IMG/VR virus record: IMGVR_UViG_2907208306_000002
Span: 63,741 to 127,740 of that record
Length of the DNA: 64,000 nucleotides
Direction: 5' to 3' (one strand)
Source: a virus
Taxonomy: Duplodnaviria > Caudoviricetes
In this document: positions 28,551-38,534 of the stretch, piece by piece
How the letters are laid out: each line of letters starts with the position of its first letter
How positions within the stretch are numbered: position 1 is the stretch's first letter
The notes under the pieces: generated by a model
What the model was told of the DNA's origin: nothing
The model's input: only the letters and a program-made list of their open reading frames with translations
Databases searched by the model: none
Position numbers and translations under genes: made by a program

Positions 28551-28772
28551 GTGGGAGCTTTTGAATTTAAGAAGAGGACTAAATTTGGTAAGTGGATAGA
28601 TCAGAACCGAATTAGCCAGGAGTGGCTAATTAAGAATATAGGATTAAACAGAAAGACAGTTTACTCGATATGTAATGACACAGAACACAACCCTCAAGAG
28701 GTGACGCAGCTTAAGATTGTAAGTAAGCTGAGAAGAGAAGGATACGATGTTTCGGTAAGTGATTTTTGGTAA
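28551..28772 (+). CDS. Small XRE/Cro-like HTH protein
   Basis: RBS AAAGGGGTG + GTG; ISQEWL...GLNRKTVYSIC; ends DFW. Confidence 0.75.
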   Translation: MGAFEFKKRTKFGKWIDQNRISQEWLIKNIGLNRKTVYSICNDTEHNPQEVTQLKIVSKLRREGYDVSVSDFW

Positions 28773-28774
28773 AC

Positions 28775-28812
28775 AAAAAAACCGACTTCCTATTATAGAG
28801 GTCGGTTTTTTT
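28775..28812. terminator. Bidirectional intrinsic terminator
   Basis: A7-CCGACTTC...GAGGTCGG-T7. Confidence 0.8.
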
Positions 28813-28974
28813 AATGGAAGAAAATGCTTGACTTTATAAAATGAATATAATAATATAAGGTTATAAATTATTCGGAAGGTAAATACATAAATAATGTCGA
28901 ATAATAGAAGTGAGCCCGAGTTGCTTATTCCTTGTTAAAGGAATTAAAAACGTTGTGGAAGGAGGTCGATACTT

Positions 28975-29376
28975 ATGATTCAAGAGATTTGGGATTACTT
29001 TAATAAAGAACAAGTAAGAGCTATTGATGTTGTATTCCTATCGTTGCTAACTTCTTTTTTCTTATGGATTATCAACTTTATATTTAAGAAATTAGTGAAA
29101 TTAATGTCCCCAAGAATTGGGAAATTAAAGAAAATCATTGAACTGTATTATAAACTTATATTTAAGAATGTTATGAATGGACGCTATCTTGTGGCTTTGG
29201 AGAGGAGATTGGCAGCAGGTGGCAAACTAAAGTGGTATGAAACCAAAGCATATAATAAATTTAAAGAAGAGATTAGAACATATAATGAAGAACACAAAGA
29301 GGAAATTTCAAAATTGGAAACAAACCTAACTAATCAAGTGAATCACTTAAATAATGAGTTTAAAAATTTTCGTTGA
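28975..29376 (+). CDS. Membrane-anchored hypothetical protein
   Basis: RBS AAGGAGGT; N-terminal TM. Confidence 0.7.
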   Translation: MIQEIWDYFNKEQVRAIDVVFLSLLTSFFLWIINFIFKKLVKLMSPRIGKLKKIIELYYKLIFKNVMNGRYLVALERRLAAGGKLKWYETKAYNKFKEEIRTYNEEHKEEISKLETNLTNQVNHLNNEFKNFR

Positions 29377-29620
29377 AATTAGCCTTTAATTAAGAAGTAG
29401 GAGCATATAGTTATGGGAAGTAATCAAGTATTAAAAGGATTCTTCTTAATTTGTATTCTGGCAGCTCTAATAAATAAATGGTTGCTGCTTGGAGTCTCTG
29501 TTGCCGGTTTGATCATTTTCATTATATCCAAAGTAGAGTTGTGGGAAATAATAAGAGCGTACAGAAATAAAAGGAATAGAGAATAAATCGAATCTTTTGT
29601 ATAGAGGAGACGAATGCTTT

Positions 29621-29779
29621 ATGAGAGACAAAACATATTTATTAACATATCAGAATAATAAAAATTCACTAACGTTTGCTTGGTTTGACACTGAAAGTGA
29701 AATGAGCGAGTTCGTAGAGAACGAAGATATTAACGTAATAGAGGCCTTATATGTTAAAGAAGCCGAAGTATTGCTATAA
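29621..29779 (+). CDS. Hypothetical protein
   Basis: RBS GAGGAG. Confidence 0.55.
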   Translation: MRDKTYLLTYQNNKNSLTFAWFDTESEMSEFVENEDINVIEALYVKEAEVLL

Positions 29780-29812
29780 AGATGTGAGTTTTTAGAGAAG
29801 GGAGTGTTAAAC

Positions 29813-29989
29813 ATGACTAAAAAATTTATCATTAAAGAAGCATGGCTACTAGACGAAAACGGCAATAAGTCACTAAAATTGAAACAGCAACTTGACCCAA
29901 ACGAAGTGTTTGAAGTTCGTGTAGACCATGAAAGTGTTAGAGGTGGTCCAGGAAAAGTAAGCAATGAAGCAGAACGCATAGAGGATTGA
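29813..29989 (+). CDS. Hypothetical protein
   Basis: RBS GGGAG. Confidence 0.55.
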   Translation: MTKKFIIKEAWLLDENGNKSLKLKQQLDPNEVFEVRVDHESVRGGPGKVSNEAERIED

Positions 29990-30067
29990 ATAAAATATGA
30001 GTGGAATTAAGGGCAATAGTTATAACTACATAGAACAAATATTTCATTGAGAATGGGAGATAGTTAA

Positions 30068-30409
30068 ATGGATATTTATAATACATTTAAAGTCGCAATG
30101 GAAATTACTGAGTTAGCTAAAAAATACGATTTAGAAGAAACTGGGAACAGTTCACCGGAAGAAATACAATCTCGAAATTTTGCTAAAGAGTTGGATGTTA
30201 TTCATGACAAGTTGCTATATCTAGGTAAATTCTCTAAGGAGGACGTTTTAGAGAAAGAGGCTGTTAATACTGTAAGTGTTACTGGACTTCCATCATACTC
30301 AAAATTGATCGTTTATTATGTTTATGAGGATGAGCAAATGGCACTTGTAGAGGATACTGCCATGAATTTGCATCTTATCCCATTGGAAATTGTGAAGTTT
30401 AATGAATAA
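30068..30409 (+). CDS. Hypothetical protein
   Basis: RBS; flanked by palindromes. Confidence 0.7.
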   Translation: MDIYNTFKVAMEITELAKKYDLEETGNSSPEEIQSRNFAKELDVIHDKLLYLGKFSKEDVLEKEAVNTVSVTGLPSYSKLIVYYVYEDEQMALVEDTAMNLHLIPLEIVKFNE

Positions 30410-30453
30410 TTGTTTATAAAATTTTCCTTTTATAAAGAAAGAGGGAATTACAG

Positions 30454-30639
30454 ATGAAAAAATCAGAATTAGTTAATTCTTGTAATCAATTAATAAATAA
30501 AATTAGAGATCCAAGAGTTGAGATATATGGTGCTGGAGAATTTTTAGAAGGTACAGTAGAAGAATTAATCCCGTATTTGAGTAAAGAAGGATTAATTTTT
30601 CTTAGAGATGAGTTGGATAGATTATTAGCAAAAGACTGA
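30454..30639 (+). CDS. Hypothetical protein
   Basis: RBS; flanked by perfect palindromes. Confidence 0.65.
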   Translation: MKKSELVNSCNQLINKIRDPRVEIYGAGEFLEGTVEELIPYLSKEGLIFLRDELDRLLAKD

Positions 30640-30677
30640 ATAAAATCTTTCTTTTATGAAGAAATGGAGGAAGAGCA

Positions 30678-30962
30678 ATGAAGATCAATAAAAAATATAA
30701 TTACTGGGAGTTTTATTATGATGAAGAAATGCCTGATACTACATACCCAACTCCGGAAGATCGCCAGTGTATCGGTTCGATTTGGTCAGATGAGTGGAGC
30801 GGACTAGAGTTATTTGAAATTACAGATGAGGAATTGAAGCAACATCTATTACAGGATATAGATAATTGGTATGAGAAAGTTGATAAACGCAAAATCAAAT
30901 CTGCAATCAAGGAACTTAGACAAATTCAGAAAGAAGTTAGCATTTCAGTATTAACTCAATAA
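30678..30962 (+). CDS. Hypothetical protein
   Basis: RBS GGAGG. Confidence 0.7.
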   Translation: MKINKKYNYWEFYYDEEMPDTTYPTPEDRQCIGSIWSDEWSGLELFEITDEELKQHLLQDIDNWYEKVDKRKIKSAIKELRQIQKEVSISVLTQ

Positions 30963-30990
30963 AAGTTTACTTTTACTAAGATAAAGGAGG

Positions 30991-31176
30991 GTGTGGGAAT
31001 TGATCGAAGCGAGCCAATGTCAATTAGGAGACATGTACGAAGAAATAGCAACAGGACAGTTATTTATAGTTAAGAATTACGATGAAATCAGAGTTTTTGA
31101 AGTTTATGGTCAACCAGGCAACTATACTACAGCCCTTAATGAAAAATACCACCGTAAAGTAAAAACTCATAGTTAA
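30991..31176 (+). CDS. Hypothetical protein
   Basis: RBS AAGGAGG. Confidence 0.6.
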   Translation: MWELIEASQCQLGDMYEEIATGQLFIVKNYDEIRVFEVYGQPGNYTTALNEKYHRKVKTHS

Positions 31177-31295
31177 AATCCCTTATAAAATAAGGTATTT
31201 TTGAAGAGTAAAACTTGATAAAAGGTTGATTTCATGGAGAATCTGTAATAAAATAAAAATAAGAATAATAAATATAATATACTGGGAGGTGGGCT

Positions 31296-31619
31296 GTGAG
31301 GAAACCAACATATATGCAGCCAAGACACTACAGATACTTCAATAAAAATAGGTTTCATATTGAAGGAGTATCCAGGAAGACTAAGAAGTTTCTTCAGAAA
31401 GCAATTTCGGAAGGATATTTGCCCACTGCAGAAGAACTCAGGTGGTCAAATCTTCCTGACTGCCGATGGTGTAACGGAAGTGGTACATATAGAGAGCATC
31501 CAAGTGACAGTGGCTACGGGTGCAGCGATTGTGCAGGAACCGGAAAGGTGGGATGGAAATACGCTAAAGATAATCGGAAAATCAGCATAGAGACTGGTAA
31601 GACAGTTGTAGAATATTAA
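31296..31619 (+). CDS. Protein with DnaJ-type CxxCxGxG zinc finger
   Basis: CRWCNGSG and CSDCAGTG. Confidence 0.7.
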   Translation: MRKPTYMQPRHYRYFNKNRFHIEGVSRKTKKFLQKAISEGYLPTAEELRWSNLPDCRWCNGSGTYREHPSDSGYGCSDCAGTGKVGWKYAKDNRKISIETGKTVVEY

Positions 31620-31648
31620 TAAATCATACATATTAGGAGTGAAGAAAA

Positions 31649-31873
31649 ATGGATAAAGTATATTGGGCAGGTTGCAATTACTGGGTGAATCAAGGGGCTA
31701 CCGAGTATGAACCAATTGGGACAGCAACATCAATGCATGATTGCGTTGGTTGTGAGAAGACTTTATATTGCACCATGAAGCAAGTATCAGATGTTTGGGA
31801 ATGGAATGAAGAAATTGCAAAGAACTTAAAACATAAATCCAATGAAATGCACAAGATCAGTAAAACTCAATAA
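31649..31873 (+). CDS. Hypothetical protein
   Basis: RBS. Confidence 0.6.
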   Translation: MDKVYWAGCNYWVNQGATEYEPIGTATSMHDCVGCEKTLYCTMKQVSDVWEWNEEIAKNLKHKSNEMHKISKTQ

Positions 31874-32149
31874 AGGTTCAGAAGGGAGGGAAAAATATGA
31901 ACGTAGTATATAACCTACATATGCAAGAAGTAAAAGCAATCATCATAAAACATCTCAATGAGACTAAAGGAATTTACATTTCAGAGAAAGACTCGGACAT
32001 TTTAGTTCTAGACAAAGAAGATAAATTCATTAATGGCGAGATTATTCAAGTGTTTCATGAGATTTAATGAAACCTCACTGAGCATACATAACTTACCTGT
32101 AAACAGCATCATTTGCCTTTGATACACTTATCTTAGGTAGGTGATAAAA

Positions 32150-32977
32150 ATGTTCGTTTCCCCGATGCTGTTAGAATACGCAGCAGACAACAAGCCTTTT
32201 GATGACGACAACTACATAACCGAACTAAAACTAGACGGTATAAGATTGATCGTTAGCAATATGGATAGAGTAAGACTTTACACTAGACATAACAATGAGA
32301 TAACGGCCAACTTTCCTGAGTTAGTCGATAATATAGATATCCCCAAAGGAACGATACTAGATGGAGAACTAATCGTATCAGGGCCAGATGGCAAACCCGA
32401 TTTTGAAGCAGTTATGGAAAGATTTAAGTCTAAGAAAAGTAAGCACAAAGCTACTTTCTGTGCGTTTGACATTATTAAACATAAACATAACGATATCCAT
32501 AGTTATCCATTGTTGGAGCGCAAGGCAATACTCGAATCTGCCTTTGAACCTAATGGTTTTTACATGAAGTCAAAATACCTAGTGGGTAATGGATCTGCTT
32601 ACTTTGACTTAGTTAAGCAACAGAATCTTGAAGGTATTGTTCTAAAAAGAGCAGATACAAAATATGAAATCGGCAAACGATCAGACAAATGGCAGAAGGT
32701 TATTGCTTACGATATGGGTGAATACTTCATTGCAGGCTATCGTAAAGATGAGTTTGGGTGGCTCCTTTCCGATGGGATCAGAGTACTTGGCGTAATGGAA
32801 TTAGGTGTACCAACAGAGGAACGTAGAGCGGGATGGAGAGTCTTCCAGCAGCTGAAGACTAAAGAAACAAAAGACATGGTATATCTCCAACCACTTATTA
32901 AGTGTGTTGTTAAACATAGAGGATTCACAAAGAACAACATGTTAAGGTTGCCGGTTTTTGAAAAGTTTATTCTATAA
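32150..32977 (+). CDS. ATP-dependent DNA ligase (SPbeta LigB/YoqV-like)
   Basis: ELKLDGIR, ILDGEL, AFDI, EGIVLKR motifs. Confidence 0.92.
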   Translation: MFVSPMLLEYAADNKPFDDDNYITELKLDGIRLIVSNMDRVRLYTRHNNEITANFPELVDNIDIPKGTILDGELIVSGPDGKPDFEAVMERFKSKKSKHKATFCAFDIIKHKHNDIHSYPLLERKAILESAFEPNGFYMKSKYLVGNGSAYFDLVKQQNLEGIVLKRADTKYEIGKRSDKWQKVIAYDMGEYFIAGYRKDEFGWLLSDGIRVLGVMELGVPTEERRAGWRVFQQLKTKETKDMVYLQPLIKCVVKHRGFTKNNMLRLPVFEKFIL

Positions 32978-32991
32978 GGGAGGTGATCTAA

Positions 32992-33564
32992 CTGGCAAAA
33001 CCAAGACCAGTAAAATGTCCAGTTTGCGAACAATATGGCGATAGAGAGTTAATGCAGAGAGAAGACAAGCGGTTTTATCACAAAGAAGTTTGTTATAAGA
33101 AATACCTGGATGCAAAAGCAGCTACAAAAAGAGAGAATGAAGAATGGGACAAGTTATACCAATACATCATTGCTCTGCATGATTTAGTTGTACTTCCCAC
33201 AGGAAACATCACAAGACTTAAGGAACTTAGAGCTGGGTACTTAATTAAAAATGGCGAAAAAGTGCGACAATGGAGAACGGGTCCATCGTTTGAATTAATG
33301 TATGAAGCTTATCAATTAGCAGAAGAGAGCATTAGATGGTGTATCGCAAATAAGCTTGATGGGTCGAACGATACTAAAGCAATCAATTACGGCATCAGCA
33401 TTATGATTGATAAGTTGAATGAAGCCAATCAAATTAGGAAAAGCAAGAAGAACCAAGAGCGAGCTCAGAAACAGGTAGCGGCACAAGAATCAAAGAAAGA
33501 TCAGAGTTTTAAAAATAACTATAATAAAAAGAGTGACGATTTAGACATTAGTGCTTTTCTGTAA
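32992..33564 (+). CDS. YorH-like replication protein, probable CTG start
   Basis: RBS GGAGGTG + CTG adds VKCPVC, completing a C-C-H-C zinc site; precedes helicase. Confidence 0.65.
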   Translation: MAKPRPVKCPVCEQYGDRELMQREDKRFYHKEVCYKKYLDAKAATKRENEEWDKLYQYIIALHDLVVLPTGNITRLKELRAGYLIKNGEKVRQWRTGPSFELMYEAYQLAEESIRWCIANKLDGSNDTKAINYGISIMIDKLNEANQIRKSKKNQERAQKQVAAQESKKDQSFKNNYNKKSDDLDISAFL

Positions 33565-33576
33565 GGGGGAATATAC

Positions 33577-35067
33577 ATAGATTACTTAAAAGATTTTATT
33601 GATCCATCTAAAGTGCATGAATCAATTTTTGTTGGTTACTTATGGAATACTCCAAGTCTATATGAAAAATACAAAGCTCATAAGATTACCAAAGACACAT
33701 TTACCGAAGGCATCTGGTGGTATTATTTTTATATCGGAAAAGAGATGTATGAAAATGGTGTTCGTTTATTTGATGATGTAACCACATACTCATACCTGAC
33801 CTCCAAACCACAGGAAACCGGTAAGAAGTCTTACTTCGATTATTACAATCAATACGGAGGCTTTAACACGGTTGAAGAAGTAATTTCTGAGTGCGATGGC
33901 GATAAAGGGAATGACGAATATCACTTTAGCGAGATTCAGAAATATGAGTCACTCCGTAATCTACAGAAACAGGGTCTTATTGATACAAATAATCAAAAGT
34001 TGGTTAATAGTCTGGTTAAAATGTCGTTAAAACAAATGCAGAGTTTTTATCAATACAAGCATAAAGAATCATTTGCCCACGTAAATAGTGGAGAAGTAAT
34101 TGAGTACAATCTTATCGATAACCTTGACGAGACCATTGATCAACTTGAAGCAGGTGAAGATGTTGGAATCCCACTATATGAATCACCACGGCTAAACAAG
34201 AAAATCAATGGACAGAAATTAGGGAACCTGATGTATTTGGTGTTGCCGTCTGGTGTAGGTAAATCTAGTATTATTACCGAGAAGGCTGTTCTTGGACTTC
34301 TAGAAAGTGAAGAGAAGGGAATCGTATTTGCCAATGAGGAAGGTGTTAAAAGGTGGAGAACACGATTACTGGTCACGGTAGCTGCACGCATCCTAAAAAA
34401 GCCAGTAGCACGAGACACAGTTAACCGTGGTGGATTTAGTAGCGAAGTTAAGGATACATTGAAAGAGGCTGCTGACTGGCTAAGAACACATCGTCCTGAC
34501 TTCATTAAATTTATTCAATTAAAGAAGTATAGAATTGAAGACGTTATTAGTCGAATCGAACTGTATAGGCCCCTCGGATACAAACACATTTACTTTGACA
34601 CATTCAAACCAGATCTAACCCAGAACGTTGAGAGATGGTTGGCCTTCTCTAACTCAGCCCAGGAACTGTATGATTGCATTAAAGAAGAATCGAATAACTG
34701 TGCCACAATCGCAACTGTTCAGCTTAAGATTGGCAAAGAATTCAGATACATAGATTTAGACTGTATAGGAAAATCAGCAGAAATTGTTGAAGTGGCTGCT
34801 GTGGTCATGGCCGGACGCTTAATATTTTCAGATGAATACGAAGGGGGCAAAAATGAACTTCATCCATATAACTGGGAGAAAGATGAAGGTTTCGGCAAGT
34901 GGCATAAGAAGCCATACAAACTAGACCCCGAAAAGAAATATCTCATCTTATTCCTTCCTAAGAATCGCGAGGGCAGTGAGGATGAGCAAATCGTATTTGA
35001 AGTGAATTATGACTTTAACATCTGGAAAGAAGTCGCATTGGTTGTCGTACCTAATAATGGACGTTAA
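33577..35067 (+). CDS. Replicative DnaB-like helicase (YorI-like), probable ATA start
   Basis: Walker A SGVGKS, ANEE, YFDT, VQL, KNREG. Confidence 0.88.
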   Translation: MDYLKDFIDPSKVHESIFVGYLWNTPSLYEKYKAHKITKDTFTEGIWWYYFYIGKEMYENGVRLFDDVTTYSYLTSKPQETGKKSYFDYYNQYGGFNTVEEVISECDGDKGNDEYHFSEIQKYESLRNLQKQGLIDTNNQKLVNSLVKMSLKQMQSFYQYKHKESFAHVNSGEVIEYNLIDNLDETIDQLEAGEDVGIPLYESPRLNKKINGQKLGNLMYLVLPSGVGKSSIITEKAVLGLLESEEKGIVFANEEGVKRWRTRLLVTVAARILKKPVARDTVNRGGFSSEVKDTLKEAADWLRTHRPDFIKFIQLKKYRIEDVISRIELYRPLGYKHIYFDTFKPDLTQNVERWLAFSNSAQELYDCIKEESNNCATIATVQLKIGKEFRYIDLDCIGKSAEIVEVAAVVMAGRLIFSDEYEGGKNELHPYNWEKDEGFGKWHKKPYKLDPEKKYLILFLPKNREGSEDEQIVFEVNYDFNIWKEVALVVVPNNGR

Positions 35068-35089
35068 TTACTCCTGTGGGGGAGCTTAG

Positions 35090-36163
35090 ATGAGTAATGA
35101 TTTAAAAACAATAAAGGAGCGAATTTTAGACGAGGATAAGGTCGGCTTGCTTCTTGAAGCGATGGATTGTCAGTTTGTTGATAAGAAGAATAATCGATAT
35201 GAAGCACAGCTGCCCGAGAAATTTAATTCACCAAATAAGCGTTCTGTCCAAGTGTACTTAAACGAGAGCTTATCTAGTAGAATTAGAACGCTCGGAGAGT
35301 CAGAATTAGATATATATGGGTTAGTGTCATACATAGTTCATGACCGGTTCTCAGAAGAAGAAAGACAAAATGATTTGTTTCACGCTAAACGATGGATATG
35401 TGAAACGCTTGGCTACAACGACTATGCCAACAATTCATTTGTTAAGAATCCTGCAGCTGATCAACTTAAATGGCTTAAGGAAGTGAAGAAACGACGAAAA
35501 AGAAAGCGTGACTTATCAAATCTGGAAAACCAGGTGTATGATGAAGATATACTGGACCAGTATGTGATGCTTCCTCATCAGATTTACATTGATGAAGGAG
35601 TTTCTTATGAGACTCAATTAGAGTTTCAGGTGGGTTACGACGTTAAAAGCCAGCGCATTATTTTTCCCATTCATAATCGCTTTGGAGAGATCGTTTCAAT
35701 TAAGGGTAGGACTATTTATGAAGACTATGAGAAGCGAGACATTTATAAGTTCATTTACCTGTACAACTTTAATAAGATGATTGAGCTTTTTAATTGGCAT
35801 AGGGCATTATATTACATTCTTGAGAAAAAAGAAGTCATCATTTTTGAAGGCGAGAAAACTTCTATGCTCGCTACTCAGTGGGGGTTTAGGAATTGTGTGT
35901 CAATAAGTGGTGACGACCTAAGTGAATGGCAAGTAAACATGATCAAAGAGCTTGGAAGTGAAGTTCAGATTGTTATAGCCATGGATAAGGACAAGTCAAT
36001 TGAGGCAGTAAGGAAGCAAGCTGCTAAGTTTGGGAAGACCAGGATGGTCTATGCGTTGTGGGACAATGCAGAACTGTTTTTAGACCGAGATAGTCCTACA
36101 GATCGAGGAGAAGAGACGTTTAAAACCCTTTATAATCAATGTAAATTTAAGGTGTCAGTTTGA
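35090..36163 (+). CDS. DNA primase (TOPRIM, YorJ-like)
   Basis: RIIFPIHN...GRT, FEGEK, AMDKD, DSPTD. Confidence 0.88.
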   Translation: MSNDLKTIKERILDEDKVGLLLEAMDCQFVDKKNNRYEAQLPEKFNSPNKRSVQVYLNESLSSRIRTLGESELDIYGLVSYIVHDRFSEEERQNDLFHAKRWICETLGYNDYANNSFVKNPAADQLKWLKEVKKRRKRKRDLSNLENQVYDEDILDQYVMLPHQIYIDEGVSYETQLEFQVGYDVKSQRIIFPIHNRFGEIVSIKGRTIYEDYEKRDIYKFIYLYNFNKMIELFNWHRALYYILEKKEVIIFEGEKTSMLATQWGFRNCVSISGDDLSEWQVNMIKELGSEVQIVIAMDKDKSIEAVRKQAAKFGKTRMVYALWDNAELFLDRDSPTDRGEETFKTLYNQCKFKVSV

Positions 36164-36210
36164 ATGAAATCTAGTTTTTATCAAGACAAGAAATAAATAG
36201 AAACAAGCTA

Positions 36211-36239
36211 TTGACAGATTTTAATAAAATAAATATAAT
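36211..36239 (+). promoter_or_regulatory. Consensus SigA promoter
   Basis: TTGACA-17 bp-TATAAT. Confidence 0.85.
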
Positions 36240-36271
36240 GATAATACGAATTAAGAAAGGATTGATGACAC

Positions 36272-36511
36272 TTGTCTAATCCGAGCATTGAAGACCTAAT
36301 AGAAACGAAAGAAGAAGGTGAAGCGAAGTACGTAAGGGTCGATAAGGTATTATTCAAATGTTTCCTGACCGAAGGGAAGATATATCCCCTACATCGTAAT
36401 TATAACGTTAATCCAGATGTCTTTACTAACGGCGAGACTTATGTAGTTGATGATCAAGGCCGAAATAATTACTCATTGTTCATGTTATGTAAGAGCACAT
36501 TATTAAAATAA
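36272..36511 (+). CDS. Hypothetical protein
   Basis: RBS after promoter. Confidence 0.65.
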   Translation: MSNPSIEDLIETKEEGEAKYVRVDKVLFKCFLTEGKIYPLHRNYNVNPDVFTNGETYVVDDQGRNNYSLFMLCKSTLLK

Positions 36512-36593
36512 ACATAATAATACATATTGAATCAGAGGTCATGAAAATAATTCAGATGCTACAAGTGACCTCTAATTCGAAAGGAGTTATGAA

Positions 36594-36881
36594 GTGAAGA
36601 AGAAATTAGCAATAATTTTGTTGTTGGTTGGTTTAACTACCGCATTGACGGCATGTGATTGGAATACGATTCCAAGAAATAATCAAAAGATTGTGGATGG
36701 GAATAGATTCACTGTCAATGGAGGAAGAGTAGACGACATTCAGATCCTAACAGATAGAGAAACTGGTTGTAGATACATAATTTATTACAAGAACGTTGAA
36801 GGGTTAGCTCCATTGTACGGTAAAGACGGGCAAGTTGTTGGATGCGGAGAGCCACTGGTTGATGAGGATCGATTGAAGTAA
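36594..36881 (+). CDS. Small lipoprotein (DUF6440-like)
   Basis: Lipobox LTAC; ILTDRETGCRY. Confidence 0.75.
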   Translation: MKKKLAIILLLVGLTTALTACDWNTIPRNNQKIVDGNRFTVNGGRVDDIQILTDRETGCRYIIYYKNVEGLAPLYGKDGQVVGCGEPLVDEDRLK

Positions 36882-36912
36882 AAGTCGGTTTTTTTAAAAG
36901 GAGAAATAGAAA

Positions 36913-37191
36913 ATGGAAGAACAGAGTTGGCCAAAGTTAGTTGGAGATAGAGTTAGAATTAAACTAAGGCAGCGATATACAGCTAATGAAATTAGAGAAT
37001 TTGGGTGTCACCCCAATGTTGATGGAAAGACGGGAACCGTATTGGGTGTTGAAGATTATTGGGATGGAACGAAGTCATACACGATTAAATTAGACGAAGT
37101 AATGTATCCACACACATTACATAAAAACACGGAATTTGAAGAGCCGTTCGACATTTACATTGAAACATCTGATGCAATTGAGTTGATCTAA
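36913..37191 (+). CDS. Hypothetical SH3/KOW-like protein
   Basis: VGDRVRI...GKTGTV. Confidence 0.65.
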   Translation: MEEQSWPKLVGDRVRIKLRQRYTANEIREFGCHPNVDGKTGTVLGVEDYWDGTKSYTIKLDEVMYPHTLHKNTEFEEPFDIYIETSDAIELI

Positions 37192-37271
37192 TATGGCACA
37201 AGTATCTTGAATCAGTGATGTAGAGCACTACGAAAGAAGATTTCATTAAAAAAAGGAGACGTAATCGATAG

Positions 37272-37499
37272 ATGAGTTATGCTAATAAACAATTAGAAAA
37301 TGTAAAAACAATCAAAGAAGAGGCAGACTATGTATTTGAAGAAATCAACTCGAACATCTTCACGGTTATAAAAGATAGAGGATGGTTTGCCGGATATGAA
37401 TATGCATCTGCCGATGAAGTCTTGAAGTTTTTAAACTCTGATAGAAAAATCATCATTCTTAATAGAGGATGCACTACAATTCTACATAAAAATTTCTGA
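37272..37499 (+). CDS. Hypothetical protein
   Basis: RBS. Confidence 0.65.
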   Translation: MSYANKQLENVKTIKEEADYVFEEINSNIFTVIKDRGWFAGYEYASADEVLKFLNSDRKIIILNRGCTTILHKNF

Positions 37500-37535
37500 T
37501 AAAAACATACTTTCATTGAGAAGAGGAGGTTTTAA

Positions 37536-38333
37536 GTGAAAGACATTAGGGAATTTAATCATAGAATTGAATTAGCAGTTAACCGACTCAATAAGCAGCG
37601 AGAATTCTTAAAAAGAGCAACAGATAAACCTGAAATTTTATTTGATAAAGCATCAACCATGTTTACCCGAAAAGACGACATCTTCTCAATAATGAACGTA
37701 TACGAAGATGGACAGCGAAAAATGAATGTTCACGATCTTCAAGCATTCTTATGCTCAATTATAAACAACTTCTTTAGATCAGAACTAAAAGACGAGCGAA
37801 TCACAATTAAAGTACGTGATCGGTTACGATATCCTTCAATATTCGCTGTTTATTATGATGATAATGAATTCCTGCAATTTGATATTTTTGAGAGATATTA
37901 CGGTAAACGAATGATGAAGACTGTAGAAGAAATTGAAGAGCACTATAAAAGACAAGCAGATCAAAAACATAAGGAATTAGAAATAGTAAAAGAGAAAATT
38001 TCCGACATGCTTGCAGCAAAAGATAATCCTATCAAGTACATAATTAATTATCATAAGAATAGAAAAACAAAAATCTATAAGAAGTGGTTCTATGGTTCAA
38101 AAGAACTTGTTCTCTACGTTTTCCAGTGGGGTAAGATGTCCAAGTTGGTTGGTAAAGCTCTCGACAAATACGCTCAACAACTTGAAGAAATTGAAGCCAG
38201 ATATAAAAAATACGATAATTTAGAATTCGACCTGAAGAATCTACGAATTAAGGAAGACCTTATTTCTAAAGTGGAACCAATTTTCATCAAATATAACTAT
38301 AGACTTGAAACAGAAAATCACAAACTTTATTAG
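37536..38333 (+). CDS. Hypothetical protein
   Basis: RBS AGGAGG; 265 aa. Confidence 0.75.
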   Translation: MKDIREFNHRIELAVNRLNKQREFLKRATDKPEILFDKASTMFTRKDDIFSIMNVYEDGQRKMNVHDLQAFLCSIINNFFRSELKDERITIKVRDRLRYPSIFAVYYDDNEFLQFDIFERYYGKRMMKTVEEIEEHYKRQADQKHKELEIVKEKISDMLAAKDNPIKYIINYHKNRKTKIYKKWFYGSKELVLYVFQWGKMSKLVGKALDKYAQQLEEIEARYKKYDNLEFDLKNLRIKEDLISKVEPIFIKYNYRLETENHKLY

Positions 38334-38534
38334 ACAAATTGCACCAATATATCCTAACAAAAAAAGGAGAATTGCTGTGACAAACACTAAGAAAGAAGTA
38401 AAGATCAAAATAGTGCATAAGGAAACAGGATTTGAAAATAAAAATATTACTAAACACTTCGACTACTTACTCTTAACTGGACAGGATCTTTATTTGCCTA
38501 AGCAATATAAAATTACATTTGAATAATTTAGGGG

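Noticed and set aside
21490-28901. Spo0A boxes at 21490 (TTCGACA) and 28895 (TGTCGAA)
   Set aside because: Single 7-mers are expected several times by chance in 64 kb; not reported as features
32080-32135. SigK-like promoter before the ligase gene (AC-N16-GATACACT)
   Set aside because: Consensus too short and the match imperfect
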